Source of the DNA: a phage
Reading direction: 5' to 3' (one strand)
DNA: 64,000 bases
Assembly (NCBI GenBank): GCA_036930585.1
Contig: GCA_036930585.1_3066.1
Shown one piece after another: positions 34,685-46,495 of this stretch. Under the pieces are notes generated by a model. That model was not told where the DNA came from. It did not search any database and was given only the letters and a program-made list of their open reading frames with translations. Each line of letters begins with the position of its first letter. Position 1 is the stretch's first letter. The position numbers and the translations under genes were made by a program.

Positions 34685-35176
34685 ATGTTTGTAGATGATG
34701 TAACACGAGCGTTTGAATCTGGTGATTTTGCTCGACCTAACTTATTCCAAGTAGAAATTTCTTATCTTGGACAAAATTTTACATTCCAATGTAAAGCCAC
34801 TGCTTTACCAGCTGGTATTGTAGAAAAAATTCCAGTCGGATTTATGAACCGTAAAATTAACGTAGCAGGCGATCGTACATTCGATGACTGGACTGTTACA
34901 GTAATGAACGATGAAGCTCATGATGCTCGCCAGAAGTTTGTTGATTGGCAAAGCATTGCTGCTGGTCAAGGAAACGAAATTACTGGTGGAAAACCTGCAG
35001 AGTATAAAAAGAGCGCTATTGTTCGTCAATATGCTCGTGATGCTAAAACAGTAACAAAAGAAATTGAAATTAAAGGTCTGTGGCCTACTAACGTGGGTGA
35101 ACTTCAATTAGATTGGGATTCAAACAATGAAATCCAAACCTTTGAAGTAACTCTTGCTCTCGATTATTGGGAATAA
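34685..35176 (+). CDS. 19: tail tube protein gp19
   Basis: 163 aa; synteny. Confidence 0.95.
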   Translation: MFVDDVTRAFESGDFARPNLFQVEISYLGQNFTFQCKATALPAGIVEKIPVGFMNRKINVAGDRTFDDWTVTVMNDEAHDARQKFVDWQSIAAGQGNEITGGKPAEYKKSAIVRQYARDAKTVTKEIEIKGLWPTNVGELQLDWDSNNEIQTFEVTLALDYWE

Positions 35177-35208
35177 AATGAATGGGGAGAAATCCCCATC
35201 CTGCTTAA

Positions 35209-36833
<1,625 letters not shown>

Positions 36834-36834
<1 letters not shown>

Positions 36835-37073
36835 TGGAAGGTTTAATTGAAGCTATTAAATCAAACGACCTCGTAGCCGCTCGTAAATTATTTGCTGAAG
36901 CCATGGCTGCAAGAACGACTGATTTAATTAAAGAAGAAAAAATCGCTATCGCTCGTAATTTCTTAATCGAAGGTGAAGAACCTGATGACGAGGATGATGA
37001 CGAAGACGAAGATAGTGATGATAAAGACGACAAAAAAGACAAGGACTCTGACGAAGACGAGGATGATGAATAA
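36834..37073 (+). CDS. 67: prohead core protein gp67
   Basis: 79 aa with extremely acidic Asp/Glu C-terminal tail. Confidence 0.85.
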
Positions 37074-37498
37074 TGCTTCTGATCCCTGAAACTCATGAAT
37101 TAGTTCTCGAGAATGTCGAAGCACTTATTCCTGAAGCACAGGGTCGCTTTGACGAATTGTCTTCTGCTTTAAATAAAGACGATATAAATACAATTGTCGA
37201 GAATATGCTTGATGATGAAACTGATTTAGCGGTTGCATTAGCTTCTATTAATGAAAATATGCCGTTAAATGAATTTATCGTTAAACATGTTTCTGCCCGT
37301 GGTGAAATTACTCGCACTAAAGATCGCAAAACCCGCGAACGTAATGCATTTCAAACTACCGGGTTGTCTAAAGCAAAACGTAGACAAATTGCTCGTAAAG
37401 CTACCAAAACGAAGATTGCCAATCCAGCAGGTCAATCTCGTGCTCAGCGTAAGCGTAAAAAAGCTCTTAAACGCCGTAAAGCATTAGGATTAAGCTAA
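37073..37498 (+). CDS. 68: prohead core protein gp68
   Basis: 141 aa, basic C-terminus; synteny 67-68-21. Confidence 0.85.
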
Positions 37499-38136
37499 TG
37501 AATGAACCCCAATTACTAATTGAAACTTGGGGTCAACCTGGCGAAATTATTGATGGCGTACCAATGCTTGAATCTCATGATGGAAAAGACTTAGGTTTAA
37601 AACCTGGTTTATACATCGAAGGAATATTCATGCAAGCGGAAGTCGTCAATAGAAATAAACGTCTTTATCCAAAACGTATATTAGAAAAAGCGGTAAAAGA
37701 CTATATTAATGAGCAAGTTTTAACTAAACAAGCTCTCGGAGAATTAAATCATCCTCCACGCGCTAATGTTGACCCGATGCAAGCCGCTATCATTATAGAA
37801 GATATGTGGTGGAAAGGAAATGACGTATACGGACGAGCTCGTGTTATTGAAGGTGACCATGGTCCTGGAGATAAATTAGCAGCTAATATTCGTGCCGGAT
37901 GGATTCCAGGAGTTTCTTCTCGTGGATTAGGTTCATTGACTGACACAAATAAAGGTTATCGTATCGTAAACGAAGGATTCAAATTAACTGTAGGTGTTGA
38001 TGCAGTATGGGGTCCAAGTGCTCCAGATGCATGGGTAACTCCTAAGGAAATTACCGAATCACAGACGGCGGAAGCCGATACAAGTGCCGATGACGCCTAT
38101 ATGGCTCTCGCAGAGGCCATGAAAAAAGCGTTATAA
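37498..38136 (+). CDS. 21: prohead core protease gp21
   Basis: 212 aa; synteny. Confidence 0.9.
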   Translation: MNEPQLLIETWGQPGEIIDGVPMLESHDGKDLGLKPGLYIEGIFMQAEVVNRNKRLYPKRILEKAVKDYINEQVLTKQALGELNHPPRANVDPMQAAIIIEDMWWKGNDVYGRARVIEGDHGPGDKLAANIRAGWIPGVSSRGLGSLTDTNKGYRIVNEGFKLTVGVDAVWGPSAPDAWVTPKEITESQTAEADTSADDAYMALAEAMKKAL

Positions 38137-38139
38137 ATA
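38132..38139 (+). promoter_or_regulatory. late promoter TATAAATA (gene 22)
   Basis: Exact TATAAATA overlapping gene 21 stop, 28 nt upstream of ATG 38167. Confidence 0.6.
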
Positions 38140-38166
38140 TTATTATCTAAACAACAGGACTACAAA

Positions 38167-38976
38167 ATGCTTAAAGAACAACTGATTGCTGAAGCGCAGA
38201 AAATTGATGCTTCCGTTGCTCTTGATAGTATTTTCGAATCAGTTAATATTTCTCCGGAAGCAAAAGAAACTTTCGGCACTGTATTCGAAGCTACCGTCAA
38301 GCAGCACGCCGTTAAATTAGCTGAATCTCATATCGCTAAAATTGCTGAAAAAGCAGAAGAAGAAGTAGAAAAAAATAAAGAAGAAGCAGAAGAAAAAGCT
38401 GAGAAGAAAATCGCTGAGCAAGCTTCTAAATTCCTTGACCATCTTGCAAAAGAATGGCTCACTGAAAATAAATTAGCAGTAGATAAAGGTATCAAAGCCG
38501 AACTGTTTGAATCCATGCTTGGTGGATTGAAAGAGCTCTTCGTTGAACACAACGTTGTTGTTCCAGAAGAATCAGTTGATGTTGTAGCTGAAATGGAAGA
38601 AGAACTGCAAGAACATAAAAAAGAATCAGCTCGTCTGTTCGAAGAACTCAATAAGCGTGACGCATATATCAATTATGTGCAGCGTGAAGTGGCATTGAGC
38701 GAAAGTACTAAAGATCTGACTGAGTCTCAAAAAGAAAAAGTCTCTGCTCTGGTCGAAGGTATGGATTATTCAGATGCATTCTCAAGTAAATTGAGTGCAA
38801 TCGTAGAAATGGTGAAGAAATCTAATAAAGATGAAAGCACTATTACTGAGAGTATAAATACTCCTGATACTGAAGCAGCCGGACTGAATTTCGTCACTGA
38901 AGCTGTAGAAGATAAATCTGCACAAGGTGCAGAAGATATTGTAAGTGTATATGCGAAAGTCGCATCTCGTTTCTAA
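38167..38976 (+). CDS. 22: prohead core scaffold protein gp22
   Basis: 269 aa, Glu/Lys-rich helical protein. Confidence 0.9.
   Translation: MLKEQLIAEAQKIDASVALDSIFESVNISPEAKETFGTVFEATVKQHAVKLAESHIAKIAEKAEEEVEKNKEEAEEKAEKKIAEQASKFLDHLAKEWLTENKLAVDKGIKAELFESMLGGLKELFVEHNVVVPEESVDVVAEMEEELQEHKKESARLFEELNKRDAYINYVQREVALSESTKDLTESQKEKVSALVEGMDYSDAFSSKLSAIVEMVKKSNKDESTITESINTPDTEAAGLNFVTEAVEDKSAQGAEDIVSVYAKVASRF
38853..38860 (+). promoter_or_regulatory. late promoter TATAAATA inside 3' end of gene 22 (gene 23)
   Basis: Exact TATAAATA about 135 nt upstream of gene 23 ATG. Confidence 0.5.
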
Positions 38977-38994
38977 TTTTAAAGGTTAACACAA

Positions 38995-40560
38995 ATGACT
39001 ATCAAAACTAAAGCTGAACTTTTGAACAAATGGAAGCCATTACTGGAAGGTGAAGGTTTACCGGAAATTGCTAATAGCAAACAAGCGATTATCGCTAAAA
39101 TCTTTGAAAACCAGGAAAAAGATTTCCAGACAGCTCCAGAGTACAAAGACGAAAAAATCGCCCAGGCATTTGGTTCTTTCTTAACAGAAGCTGAAATCGG
39201 TGGTGACCACGGTTACAATGCTACCAACATCGCTGCAGGTCAGACTTCTGGAGCAGTAACTCAGATTGGCCCAGCTGTTATGGGTATGGTACGTCGTGCT
39301 ATTCCTAACCTGATTGCTTTCGATATTTGTGGTGTTCAGCCAATGAACAGCCCGACTGGCCAGGTATTCGCACTGCGCGCAGTATATGGTAAAGACCCAA
39401 TCGCTTCCGGTGCTAAAGAAGCATTCCACCCAATGTATGGTCCAGATGCAATGTTCTCTGGTCAGGGTGCTGCTAAGAAATTCGCTGCTTTGAAAGCAAG
39501 TGATACTCTTGAAGTCGGAACTATTTACACTCACTTCTTCCAGGAAACTGGTACAGTATATCTGCAAGCTACAGCAGCTAAACAAATTGATTCAGGCGCA
39601 TCTGACGCAGACAAATTAGATGCTGAAATTAAGAAACAAATGGAAGCTGGTGTACTGGTAGAAATCGCTGAAGGTATGGCTACTTCTATCGCTGAACTTC
39701 AAGAAGGTTTTAACGGTTCTACCGATAACCCATGGAATGAAATGGGCTTCCGTATCGATAAACAAGTTATCGAAGCTAAATCTCGTCAGCTGAAAGCTGC
39801 TTACTCTATTGAATTAGCACAAGACCTCCGCGCTGTTCACGGTATGGATGCTGATGCTGAACTGTCTGGTATTCTGGCTACAGAAATTATGCTGGAAATC
39901 AACCGTGAAGTTGTTGATTGGATTAACTACTCCGCTCAGGTTGGTAAATCTGGTATGACCCTGACTCCGGGTTCTAAAGCTGGTGTATTTGACTTCCAGG
40001 ACCCAATCGATATTCGTGGTGCTCGCTGGGCAGGTGAATCCTTTAAAGCTCTGTTGTTCCAGATTGACAAAGAAGCAGTTGAAATTGCTCGTCAGACTGG
40101 TCGCGGCGAAGGTAACTTCATTATCGCTTCCCGTAACGTAGTTAACGTTCTGGCTTCAGTTGATACCGGCATTTCTTATGCTGCACAAGGTCTGGCTACT
40201 GGCTTTAACACTGATACTACCAAGTCAGTATTTGCTGGTGTTCTGGGTGGTAAATACCGTGTATATATCGACCAGTATGCTAAACAGGATTATTTCACCG
40301 TAGGTTATAAAGGTCCGAACGAAATGGATGCTGGTATTTACTATGCTCCATATGTAGCTCTGACTCCGCTGCGTGGTTCTGATCCGAAGAACTTCCAACC
40401 GGTAATGGGATTCAAAACTCGTTACGGTATCGGTATCAACCCATTTGCAGAATCCGCTGCTCAGGCTCCGGCTTCTCGCATCCAGAGCGGTATGCCTTCT
40501 ATTCTGAATAGCCTTGGTAAAAACGCTTACTTTAGACGTGTATATGTTAAAGGTATCTAA
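38995..40560 (+). CDS. 23: major capsid protein gp23
   Basis: 521 aa; MTIKTKAELLNKWKPLLEGEGLPEIANSKQAIIAKIFENQEKDFQTAPEYKDEKIAQAFGSFLTEAEIGGDHGYNATNIAAGQ matches recalled T4 gp23. Confidence 0.97.
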   Translation: MTIKTKAELLNKWKPLLEGEGLPEIANSKQAIIAKIFENQEKDFQTAPEYKDEKIAQAFGSFLTEAEIGGDHGYNATNIAAGQTSGAVTQIGPAVMGMVRRAIPNLIAFDICGVQPMNSPTGQVFALRAVYGKDPIASGAKEAFHPMYGPDAMFSGQGAAKKFAALKASDTLEVGTIYTHFFQETGTVYLQATAAKQIDSGASDADKLDAEIKKQMEAGVLVEIAEGMATSIAELQEGFNGSTDNPWNEMGFRIDKQVIEAKSRQLKAAYSIELAQDLRAVHGMDADAELSGILATEIMLEINREVVDWINYSAQVGKSGMTLTPGSKAGVFDFQDPIDIRGARWAGESFKALLFQIDKEAVEIARQTGRGEGNFIIASRNVVNVLASVDTGISYAAQGLATGFNTDTTKSVFAGVLGGKYRVYIDQYAKQDYFTVGYKGPNEMDAGIYYAPYVALTPLRGSDPKNFQPVMGFKTRYGIGINPFAESAAQAPASRIQSGMPSILNSLGKNAYFRRVYVKGI

Positions 40561-40575
40561 TCTTTGACGATTTAA

Positions 40576-40591
40576 GGGACCTTCGGGTCCC
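40576..40591 (+). terminator. hairpin GGGACC-TTCG-GGTCCC after gene 23 (weak T-run)
   Basis: Perfect 6-bp stem with TTCG tetraloop then CTTTAGTTGTTTTT; likely partial terminator. Confidence 0.5.
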
Positions 40592-40608
40592 TTTAGTTGT
40601 TTTTATGG

Positions 40609-40616
40609 TATAAATA
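40609..40616 (+). promoter_or_regulatory. late promoter TATAAATA (gene 24)
   Basis: Exact TATAAATA 28 nt upstream of ATG 40644. Confidence 0.6.
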
Positions 40617-40643
40617 AATCATATAAACCAAAAGGAAAGCGCA

Positions 40644-41927
40644 ATGGCTAAAATCAACGAACTTCTGCGCGAATCAACCACAACGAATAGCAACTCAATC
40701 GGTCGCCCAAATCTCGTTGCTTTGACTCGCGCTACCACTAAATTAATATATTCTGACATTGTAGCAACGCAAAGAACTAATCAACCTGTTGCTGCTTTTT
40801 ATGGTATCAAATACCTTAATCCAGATAACGAATTTACTTTTAAAACTGGTGCTACTTACGCTGGCGAAGCTGGATATGTAGACCGAGAACAAATCACAGA
40901 ATTAACAGAAGAGTCTAAATTAACTCTCAATAAGGGCGATTTATTCAAATATAATAATATCGTTTATAAAGTATTAGAAGATACACCATTTGCTGATATT
41001 GAAGAAAGCGATTTAGAATTAGCTCTTCAGATTGCAATTGTTCTTTTAAAGGTTCGTCTATTTTCTGACGCAGCGTCAACAAGCAAATTTGAAAGCTCTG
41101 ATAGTGAAATTGCGGATGCTAGATTCCAGATTAATAAATGGCAAACCGCAGTTAAATCTCGTAAACTTAAAACTGGCATCACAGTTGAATTAGCACAAGA
41201 TTTAGAAGCAAATGGATTCGATGCTCCTAATTTCTTGGAAGATTTGCTTGCAACTGAAATGGCGGATGAAATCAATAAAGATATTCTACAGTCTTTGATT
41301 ACAGTATCAAAACGCTATAAAGTTACAGGAATTACTGATACCGGTTTCATTGATTTGAGTTATGCATCTGCACCTGAAGCTGGTCGTTCATTATACCGAA
41401 TGGTATGTGAAATGGTTTCGCATATCCAAAAAGAATCAACTTATACAGCAACGTTCTGTGTTGCTTCAGCTCGTGCTGCTGCGATTCTTGCTGCATCAGG
41501 TTGGTTAAAACATAAACCAGAAGATGACAAATATCTTTCACAAAATGCCTACGGGTTCTTAGCTAATGGTTTACCGCTTTATTGCGATACCAACAGTCCA
41601 TTAGATTATGTAATCGTTGGCGTAGTAGAAAATATTGGTGAAAAAGAAATTGTTGGATCAATTTTCTATGCTCCGTATACAGAAGGTCTTGACTTAGATG
41701 ACCCTGAACATGTAGGTGCATTTAAAGTTGTAGTTGACCCAGAAAGCTTACAACCGTCTATAGGTTTATTAGTTAGATATGCTTTATCAGCAAATCCTTA
41801 TACCGTAGCAAAAGATGAAAAAGAAGCGAGAATAATTGATGGTGGAGACATGGATAAAATGGCGGGTAGTTCAGATTTGTCTGTTTTATTAGGTGTTAAG
41901 TTACCAAAAATTATTGTTGATGAATAA
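40644..41927 (+). CDS. 24: capsid vertex protein gp24
   Basis: 427 aa, gp23 paralog; directly follows gene 23 with an 83-bp gap and no intervening ORF. Confidence 0.95.
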   Translation: MAKINELLRESTTTNSNSIGRPNLVALTRATTKLIYSDIVATQRTNQPVAAFYGIKYLNPDNEFTFKTGATYAGEAGYVDREQITELTEESKLTLNKGDLFKYNNIVYKVLEDTPFADIEESDLELALQIAIVLLKVRLFSDAASTSKFESSDSEIADARFQINKWQTAVKSRKLKTGITVELAQDLEANGFDAPNFLEDLLATEMADEINKDILQSLITVSKRYKVTGITDTGFIDLSYASAPEAGRSLYRMVCEMVSHIQKESTYTATFCVASARAAAILAASGWLKHKPEDDKYLSQNAYGFLANGLPLYCDTNSPLDYVIVGVVENIGEKEIVGSIFYAPYTEGLDLDDPEHVGAFKVVVDPESLQPSIGLLVRYALSANPYTVAKDEKEARIIDGGDMDKMAGSSDLSVLLGVKLPKIIVDE

Positions 41928-41933
41928 AACAAA

Positions 41934-41954
41934 GGGACCTTTCGGTCCCTTTTT
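41934..41954. terminator. bidirectional rho-independent terminator (GGGACC-TTTC-GGTCCC)
   Basis: 6-bp stem with T-runs on both strands between convergent gene 24 and rnlB. Confidence 0.7.
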
Positions 41955-41956
41955 AT

Positions 41957-42961
41957 TTAACTTACCAATTCAATCCAAGCCGGACGAAGTACATCTTGTA
42001 CCATTTTAACTAATTCCTTTTTAATCAGAGAAGGATTATCCGCTTGAGTTAGAGTAATACCTTCACGAGAAGTTTCTTCCAAAATATCTTGAACAGTTAG
42101 TCCCATCACCTTTCCAAAATCCTTCGGACCAATTTCGCCAATTTTAGAAATAACGTTATTTACTCGGTTCAGTGTAACGTAGCAAGCTAAAATTCCCAGC
42201 AATTTATTATCAGCTTCTGACAGCTCAACTTTAGCTTTAATAGGCTTATCAGACTTTTTCTTTTCACTAAATTTAGAGTTCTTGCATTTAATCGCTACGC
42301 GATTGCCATTAGGCATCCAAGAAGGATAACAAGGTTTCAATACATAACCTTCAGCGGTAAATACTTCGCCTTTTGCTTCGGCATTCCAGACGTATTTATT
42401 TGCATCAACTAATCCAGCATGGTCTACTGTAAAATTATAATCTTGAACGACAGAATCTAAATCATTCGGCAATTTAATAAGTTCTTCAAATTTACCACGA
42501 CCCAAAAGTGGAGCCATTTTAAATTTAAATGTATTACAGAATGATTCCATCATATAATCATCGACATAAGTCACATCACCACTTTCGGTAGTAACAATAA
42601 TGTCAAATACATAAAAATCTTTATCGCCATAATCGACATTCTTCTGAATGCCAGGTCCAGCGAATTCGCCAAAGACTTGATAAGATACAACCGCTGAGGT
42701 TTCCATAATATCTTGTACTGCTTTAATAGAATCTTCGTAATTCTTTAGAATAATTTCATACCCAAAGAAATCTTCAGCAGGAAGAATCGGTCCAGTACGT
42801 TTAGCACAAGTAGCTTTATCACGCTCAATAATCAGTGAGAAATTTGTGCCATGAATCTTTTCACGAGCTACCCATTCGCCGCAAGTCAATCCCAAGCTAT
42901 AAAGTTTTTCAATAAATTTAGAGTTGTAATGATTTTCAAGACTGCTATACTTTTTAAACAT
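41957..42961 (-). CDS. rnlB: RNA ligase 2 (RnlB)
   Basis: 334 aa; nucleotidyltransferase motif I KIHGTN; matches recalled T4 Rnl2. Confidence 0.9.
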   Translation of the reverse strand: MFKKYSSLENHYNSKFIEKLYSLGLTCGEWVAREKIHGTNFSLIIERDKATCAKRTGPILPAEDFFGYEIILKNYEDSIKAVQDIMETSAVVSYQVFGEFAGPGIQKNVDYGDKDFYVFDIIVTTESGDVTYVDDYMMESFCNTFKFKMAPLLGRGKFEELIKLPNDLDSVVQDYNFTVDHAGLVDANKYVWNAEAKGEVFTAEGYVLKPCYPSWMPNGNRVAIKCKNSKFSEKKKSDKPIKAKVELSEADNKLLGILACYVTLNRVNNVISKIGEIGPKDFGKVMGLTVQDILEETSREGITLTQADNPSLIKKELVKMVQDVLRPAWIELVS

Positions 42962-42970
42962 AATTAATCC

Positions 42971-43249
42971 TCAAAATGTAATTTCTAACCAATCACCATC
43001 ACGCTGATCACTATTGACTTTAAAACTAAATCCTTCTTTTCTCAGCCAATCACCAATTTCTTCAGTAATCAATTTATCGCGAGCAATACAATAATAACTA
43101 AAATGTGTTTTACCTTGTTCAGCTGCTTTATTAGCAAGTTCCGAAAAATCTTTAATAAAACACTCTAGCTTAAACTGTTTACTTTTAAGTGCTTTTTCGC
43201 GTAATTGATTAGCAAAAGATTCATTTTCATAAAGATCATACTGTTCCAT
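42971..43249 (-). CDS. hypothetical protein (92 aa), 24.2-like
   Basis: ORF track; position after rnlB. Confidence 0.6.
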   Translation of the reverse strand: MEQYDLYENESFANQLREKALKSKQFKLECFIKDFSELANKAAEQGKTHFSYYCIARDKLITEEIGDWLRKEGFSFKVNSDQRDGDWLEITF

Positions 43250-43451
43250 TTTTCACCTTTTTATTAATATGTCTTTTTCTATAGACAACTTTTTCTCGAG
43301 TCTCAAATTTATTCTTAGCAGTCATAGCTCGAGCCCATAATACAGCCACTTCTTTCGCCTGTAAGTTCAATTCACGAGCAATTTCAATGAATGACTTTCC
43401 AGACTCATGGAGTGTAAACACCACAACCTCAGTTCTCATAATCAATCTCAT
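43236..43451 (-). CDS. hypothetical small protein (71 aa), possible HTH
   Basis: ORF track; GKSFIEIARELNL resembles a helix-turn-helix; 24.3-like by position. Confidence 0.5.
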   Translation of the reverse strand: MRLIMRTEVVVFTLHESGKSFIEIARELNLQAKEVAVLWARAMTAKNKFETREKVVYRKRHINKKVKNGTV

Positions 43452-43508
43452 GTTATCGAGTTGGTGCCATTATATACATCATTTTCTGATTGTGTTTTGT
43501 GTGCTTTC

Positions 43509-43534
43509 AAAATGAAGAAAGGGGCCGAAGCCCC
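43509..43534 (-). terminator. hairpin GGGGC-CGAA-GCCCC + T-rich tract after hoc
   Basis: GC stem with tetraloop followed by TTTCTTCATTTT on minus strand. Confidence 0.5.
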
Positions 43535-43539
43535 TACGA

Positions 43540-43932
43540 TTATGGATAGGTATAGATGATACCAGTTTCTAAAGCAGTTTTATGAATGATGTATCCATTG
43601 CGCGATTCTTGGACATCAACTTCTGGATAGTCTTTCATCATCTTCTGGAGAGTGTAACGATGCAAGTAGTACTTACTATCTGGATCGTCAGTTTTCCAAT
43701 CTTTACCTTCTTCAGTCATTTTTTGGATTTCATCCATAACCCACCAACCGCACCAGATATAAGCTGAAGTACGATGTGGAAGAGGATGAACATAAGGCAA
43801 TTCGCCATCAACGGTCCAGACAAATGATTCGGTACCTTCAGCTGCAGCACCGGAGCCGGTCGCAGTGAAATTGGTTGTTGCTCCAATAACGGCCGTAGCC
43901 GCCAAAGGAGAAATATTTGCGGTATAAGCCAT
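43540..43932 (-). CDS. hoc: truncated Hoc-like outer capsid protein (130 aa)
   Basis: Occupies the hoc position between 24.3 and inh; about 40 aa of Ig-like-looking N-terminal sequence then ELPYVHPLPHR...IWCGWWVMDEIQ, which resembles the recalled Hoc C-terminal capsid-binding domain. Confidence 0.6.
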   Translation of the reverse strand: MAYTANISPLAATAVIGATTNFTATGSGAAAEGTESFVWTVDGELPYVHPLPHRTSAYIWCGWWVMDEIQKMTEEGKDWKTDDPDSKYYLHRYTLQKMMKDYPEVDVQESRNGYIIHKTALETGIIYTYP

Positions 43933-43941
43933 AAGTTATCC

Positions 43942-44622
43942 TTATTTTAATGTTACGAAAGAAGAATTGCGTGTTTCACGAATTAGAACTGATCCGTCAC
44001 GGTTAATGTAATAAATTAAGCTAAATAAAGTTTGGTGTGCTGACGCGTGTTCAAAACTAGTTGGGTGAGATTTCCAATCCGGAGTTTCAGCAATCCATTG
44101 ATAAATCCACCAAGGAACAGTGCAGAATCCTGGATTTTTTCCAATCAGCTGAAGATTCGGACTAAAGTTTTCCGGAAGAGTAAATACAGACGGCTTTTCA
44201 GATTCAATAATCTCAGCTACAGCTTGTTCAAATTTTTCTTCAACAAAAGGAGTATCTTCAATCAAAACATCGGTATTTTCAGGAATTTTATCCGTTTCTA
44301 CTACTTCAATTTTAATGTCAGATTTAACCGGAGAATCAATCAGAAGTGCTGCCTCTGGATTGACTTCTTCATCGTCATATTTTAATCCGTCTGCAGCATC
44401 AGCAGCATCAATTAAGTCTTTAATAGATAACCCATCAGTCTCTGGCATAGGTTCACTAGCGAGCTTCTGGAGAGCTTCTTCAATATCAGCAACGATATTA
44501 TCAAAAGATTTATTCTTTTTGACCTTTATACCAAACTGTTCAGCATATTCAGCTAATTTAGCTTTAGCTTCTTTGTTATCATCAAGAGCCTTCAGCTCTG
44601 CAATATAATCTTTATCTATCAT
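43942..44622 (-). CDS. inh: inhibitor of prohead protease (Inh)
   Basis: 226 aa, same as T4 Inh; synteny hoc-inh-uvsW. Confidence 0.8.
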   Translation of the reverse strand: MIDKDYIAELKALDDNKEAKAKLAEYAEQFGIKVKKNKSFDNIVADIEEALQKLASEPMPETDGLSIKDLIDAADAADGLKYDDEEVNPEAALLIDSPVKSDIKIEVVETDKIPENTDVLIEDTPFVEEKFEQAVAEIIESEKPSVFTLPENFSPNLQLIGKNPGFCTVPWWIYQWIAETPDWKSHPTSFEHASAHQTLFSLIYYINRDGSVLIRETRNSSFVTLK

Positions 44623-44635
44623 AATATTTCCTCAG

Positions 44636-44643
44636 TATAAATA
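44636..44643 (+). promoter_or_regulatory. late promoter TATAAATA (uvsW)
   Basis: Exact TATAAATA 29 nt upstream of ATG 44673. Confidence 0.6.
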
Positions 44644-44672
44644 TAGATATATTTATTACATGGTATTTAGAC

Positions 44673-46184
44673 ATGACTGACATTAAAGTACATTTTTATG
44701 ATTTTAGTCACGTGAGAATTGATTGTGAAGAAAGTACATTTCATGAACTCCGTGATTTCTTTAGCTTTGAAGCTGATGGGTATCGTTTTAATCCGAAGTA
44801 CAGATATGGCAACTGGGATGGACGAATCCGTCTTTTAGATTATAATCGTCTTCTTCCATTCGGCTTAGTCGGGCAAATTAAAAAGTTCTGTGATAACTTT
44901 GGCTATAAAGCCTGGATTGACCCACAAATTAACGAAAAAGAAGAATTATCAAGAAAAGATTTTGATGAATGGCTTTCTAAATTAGAAATCTATTCAGGAA
45001 ATAAAAGAATTGAACCACACTGGTATCAAAAAGATGCAGTGTTCGAAGGATTAGTTAATCGTCGTAGAATTCTTAATCTTCCAACATCCGCTGGTAAATC
45101 TTTAATTCAAGCTTTGCTTGCGCGATATTATTTGGAAAATTATGAAGGTAAAATTCTTATCATTGTTCCAACAACTGCTCTGACAACTCAGATGGCTGAT
45201 GACTTTGTTGACTATCGTTTATTCAGTCATGCAATGATAAAGAAAATCGGTGGTGGAGCATCAAAAGATGATAAATATAAAAATGATGCACCGGTCGTTG
45301 TTGGTACATGGCAAACTGTAGTAAAACAACCGAAAGAATGGTTCTCACAGTTTGGAATGATGATGAATGATGAATGTCATCTTGCTACAGGAAAAAGTAT
45401 TTCATCTATCATATCAGGTTTAAATAACTGCATGTTCAAATTCGGTTTGTCTGGTTCATTACGTGATGGCAAAGCCAATATCATGCAGTATGTTGGAATG
45501 TTTGGTGAAATATTTAAGCCAGTAACGACTTCTAAGTTAATGGAAGATGGACAAGTAACTGAGCTAAAAATTAATAGTATTTTTCTTCGCTATCCCGATG
45601 AGTTCACTACTAAATTAAAGGGAAAAACTTATCAAGAAGAAATAAAAATTATTACGGGGCTTAGTAAAAGAAATAAATGGATCGCTAAATTGGCTATTAA
45701 GCTTGCACAAAAAGATGAAAACGCTTTTGTCATGTTTAAACATGTATCGCATGGTAAAGCTATTTTCGATTTAATTAAAAATGAATACGATAAAGTTTAT
45801 TACGTATCAGGGGAAGTTGATACCGAAACACGCAATATAATGAAAACCTTAGCTGAAAATGGTAAAGGAATAATTATAGTAGCTAGTTATGGTGTATTTT
45901 CTACTGGTATTTCAGTTAAAAATCTGCATCACGTTGTTTTAGCACACGGTGTTAAATCTAAAATTATTGTATTGCAAACAATAGGTCGTGTATTACGTAA
46001 GCATGGTTCTAAAGCTGTTGCTACAGTTTGGGATCTTATAGATGACGCGGGCGTAGTTTCTAAATCAAAAACATCTTCTAAAAAATACTCGCATTTAAAC
46101 TATCTTTTAAAACACGGCATTGATCGTATTCAGCGCTACGCAGATGAAAAATTTAATTACGTAATGAAAACAGTTAATTTATAA
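44673..46184 (+). CDS. uvsW: UvsW DNA/RNA helicase
   Basis: 503 aa; Walker A PTSAGKS; DEAH-type box MMNDECH. Confidence 0.9.
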   Translation: MTDIKVHFYDFSHVRIDCEESTFHELRDFFSFEADGYRFNPKYRYGNWDGRIRLLDYNRLLPFGLVGQIKKFCDNFGYKAWIDPQINEKEELSRKDFDEWLSKLEIYSGNKRIEPHWYQKDAVFEGLVNRRRILNLPTSAGKSLIQALLARYYLENYEGKILIIVPTTALTTQMADDFVDYRLFSHAMIKKIGGGASKDDKYKNDAPVVVGTWQTVVKQPKEWFSQFGMMMNDECHLATGKSISSIISGLNNCMFKFGLSGSLRDGKANIMQYVGMFGEIFKPVTTSKLMEDGQVTELKINSIFLRYPDEFTTKLKGKTYQEEIKIITGLSKRNKWIAKLAIKLAQKDENAFVMFKHVSHGKAIFDLIKNEYDKVYYVSGEVDTETRNIMKTLAENGKGIIIVASYGVFSTGISVKNLHHVVLAHGVKSKIIVLQTIGRVLRKHGSKAVATVWDLIDDAGVVSKSKTSSKKYSHLNYLLKHGIDRIQRYADEKFNYVMKTVNL

Positions 46185-46197
46185 GGGCTTTGGCCCT

Positions 46198-46440
46198 TTG
46201 GAGAAAAAGATGTTACTAGGATTTAAACAATTTCTTTATGAAGCTTCTATTGATGAATTTATGGGTAAAATTGCCTCTTGTCAAACATTAGAAGGTTTAG
46301 AAGAACTTGAAGCTTATTATAAGAAAAGAGTCAAAGAAACTGAATTAAAAGATACTGATGACATCTCTGTGAGAGATGCTTTGGCAGGAAAAAGAGCTGA
46401 ATTAGAAGATTCAGACGATGAAGTAGAAGAAAGCTTTTAA
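46198..46440 (+). CDS. uvsW.1: UvsW.1 small acidic protein
   Basis: 80 aa immediately downstream of uvsW. Confidence 0.75.
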   Translation: MEKKMLLGFKQFLYEASIDEFMGKIASCQTLEGLEELEAYYKKRVKETELKDTDDISVRDALAGKRAELEDSDDEVEESF

Positions 46441-46443
46441 ATT

Positions 46444-46472
46444 AAAAAAGGCCCAACCAAAAAGGAAGGGCC
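46444..46472. terminator. terminator hairpin GGCCC...GGGCC flanked by A-run/T-run
   Basis: On minus strand the hairpin is followed by TTTTTT; sits between convergent uvsW.1 and the uvsY-region genes. Confidence 0.55.
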
Positions 46473-46495
46473 AAAACTATAGACTAAAGGTCACA

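Noticed and set aside
38328-39585. Minus-strand ORFs (114 and 134 aa) inside genes 22 and 23
   Set aside because: Antisense to highly conserved capsid genes; Ser/Cys-rich compositions typical of antisense reading of Glu/Ala-rich scaffold and capsid codons.
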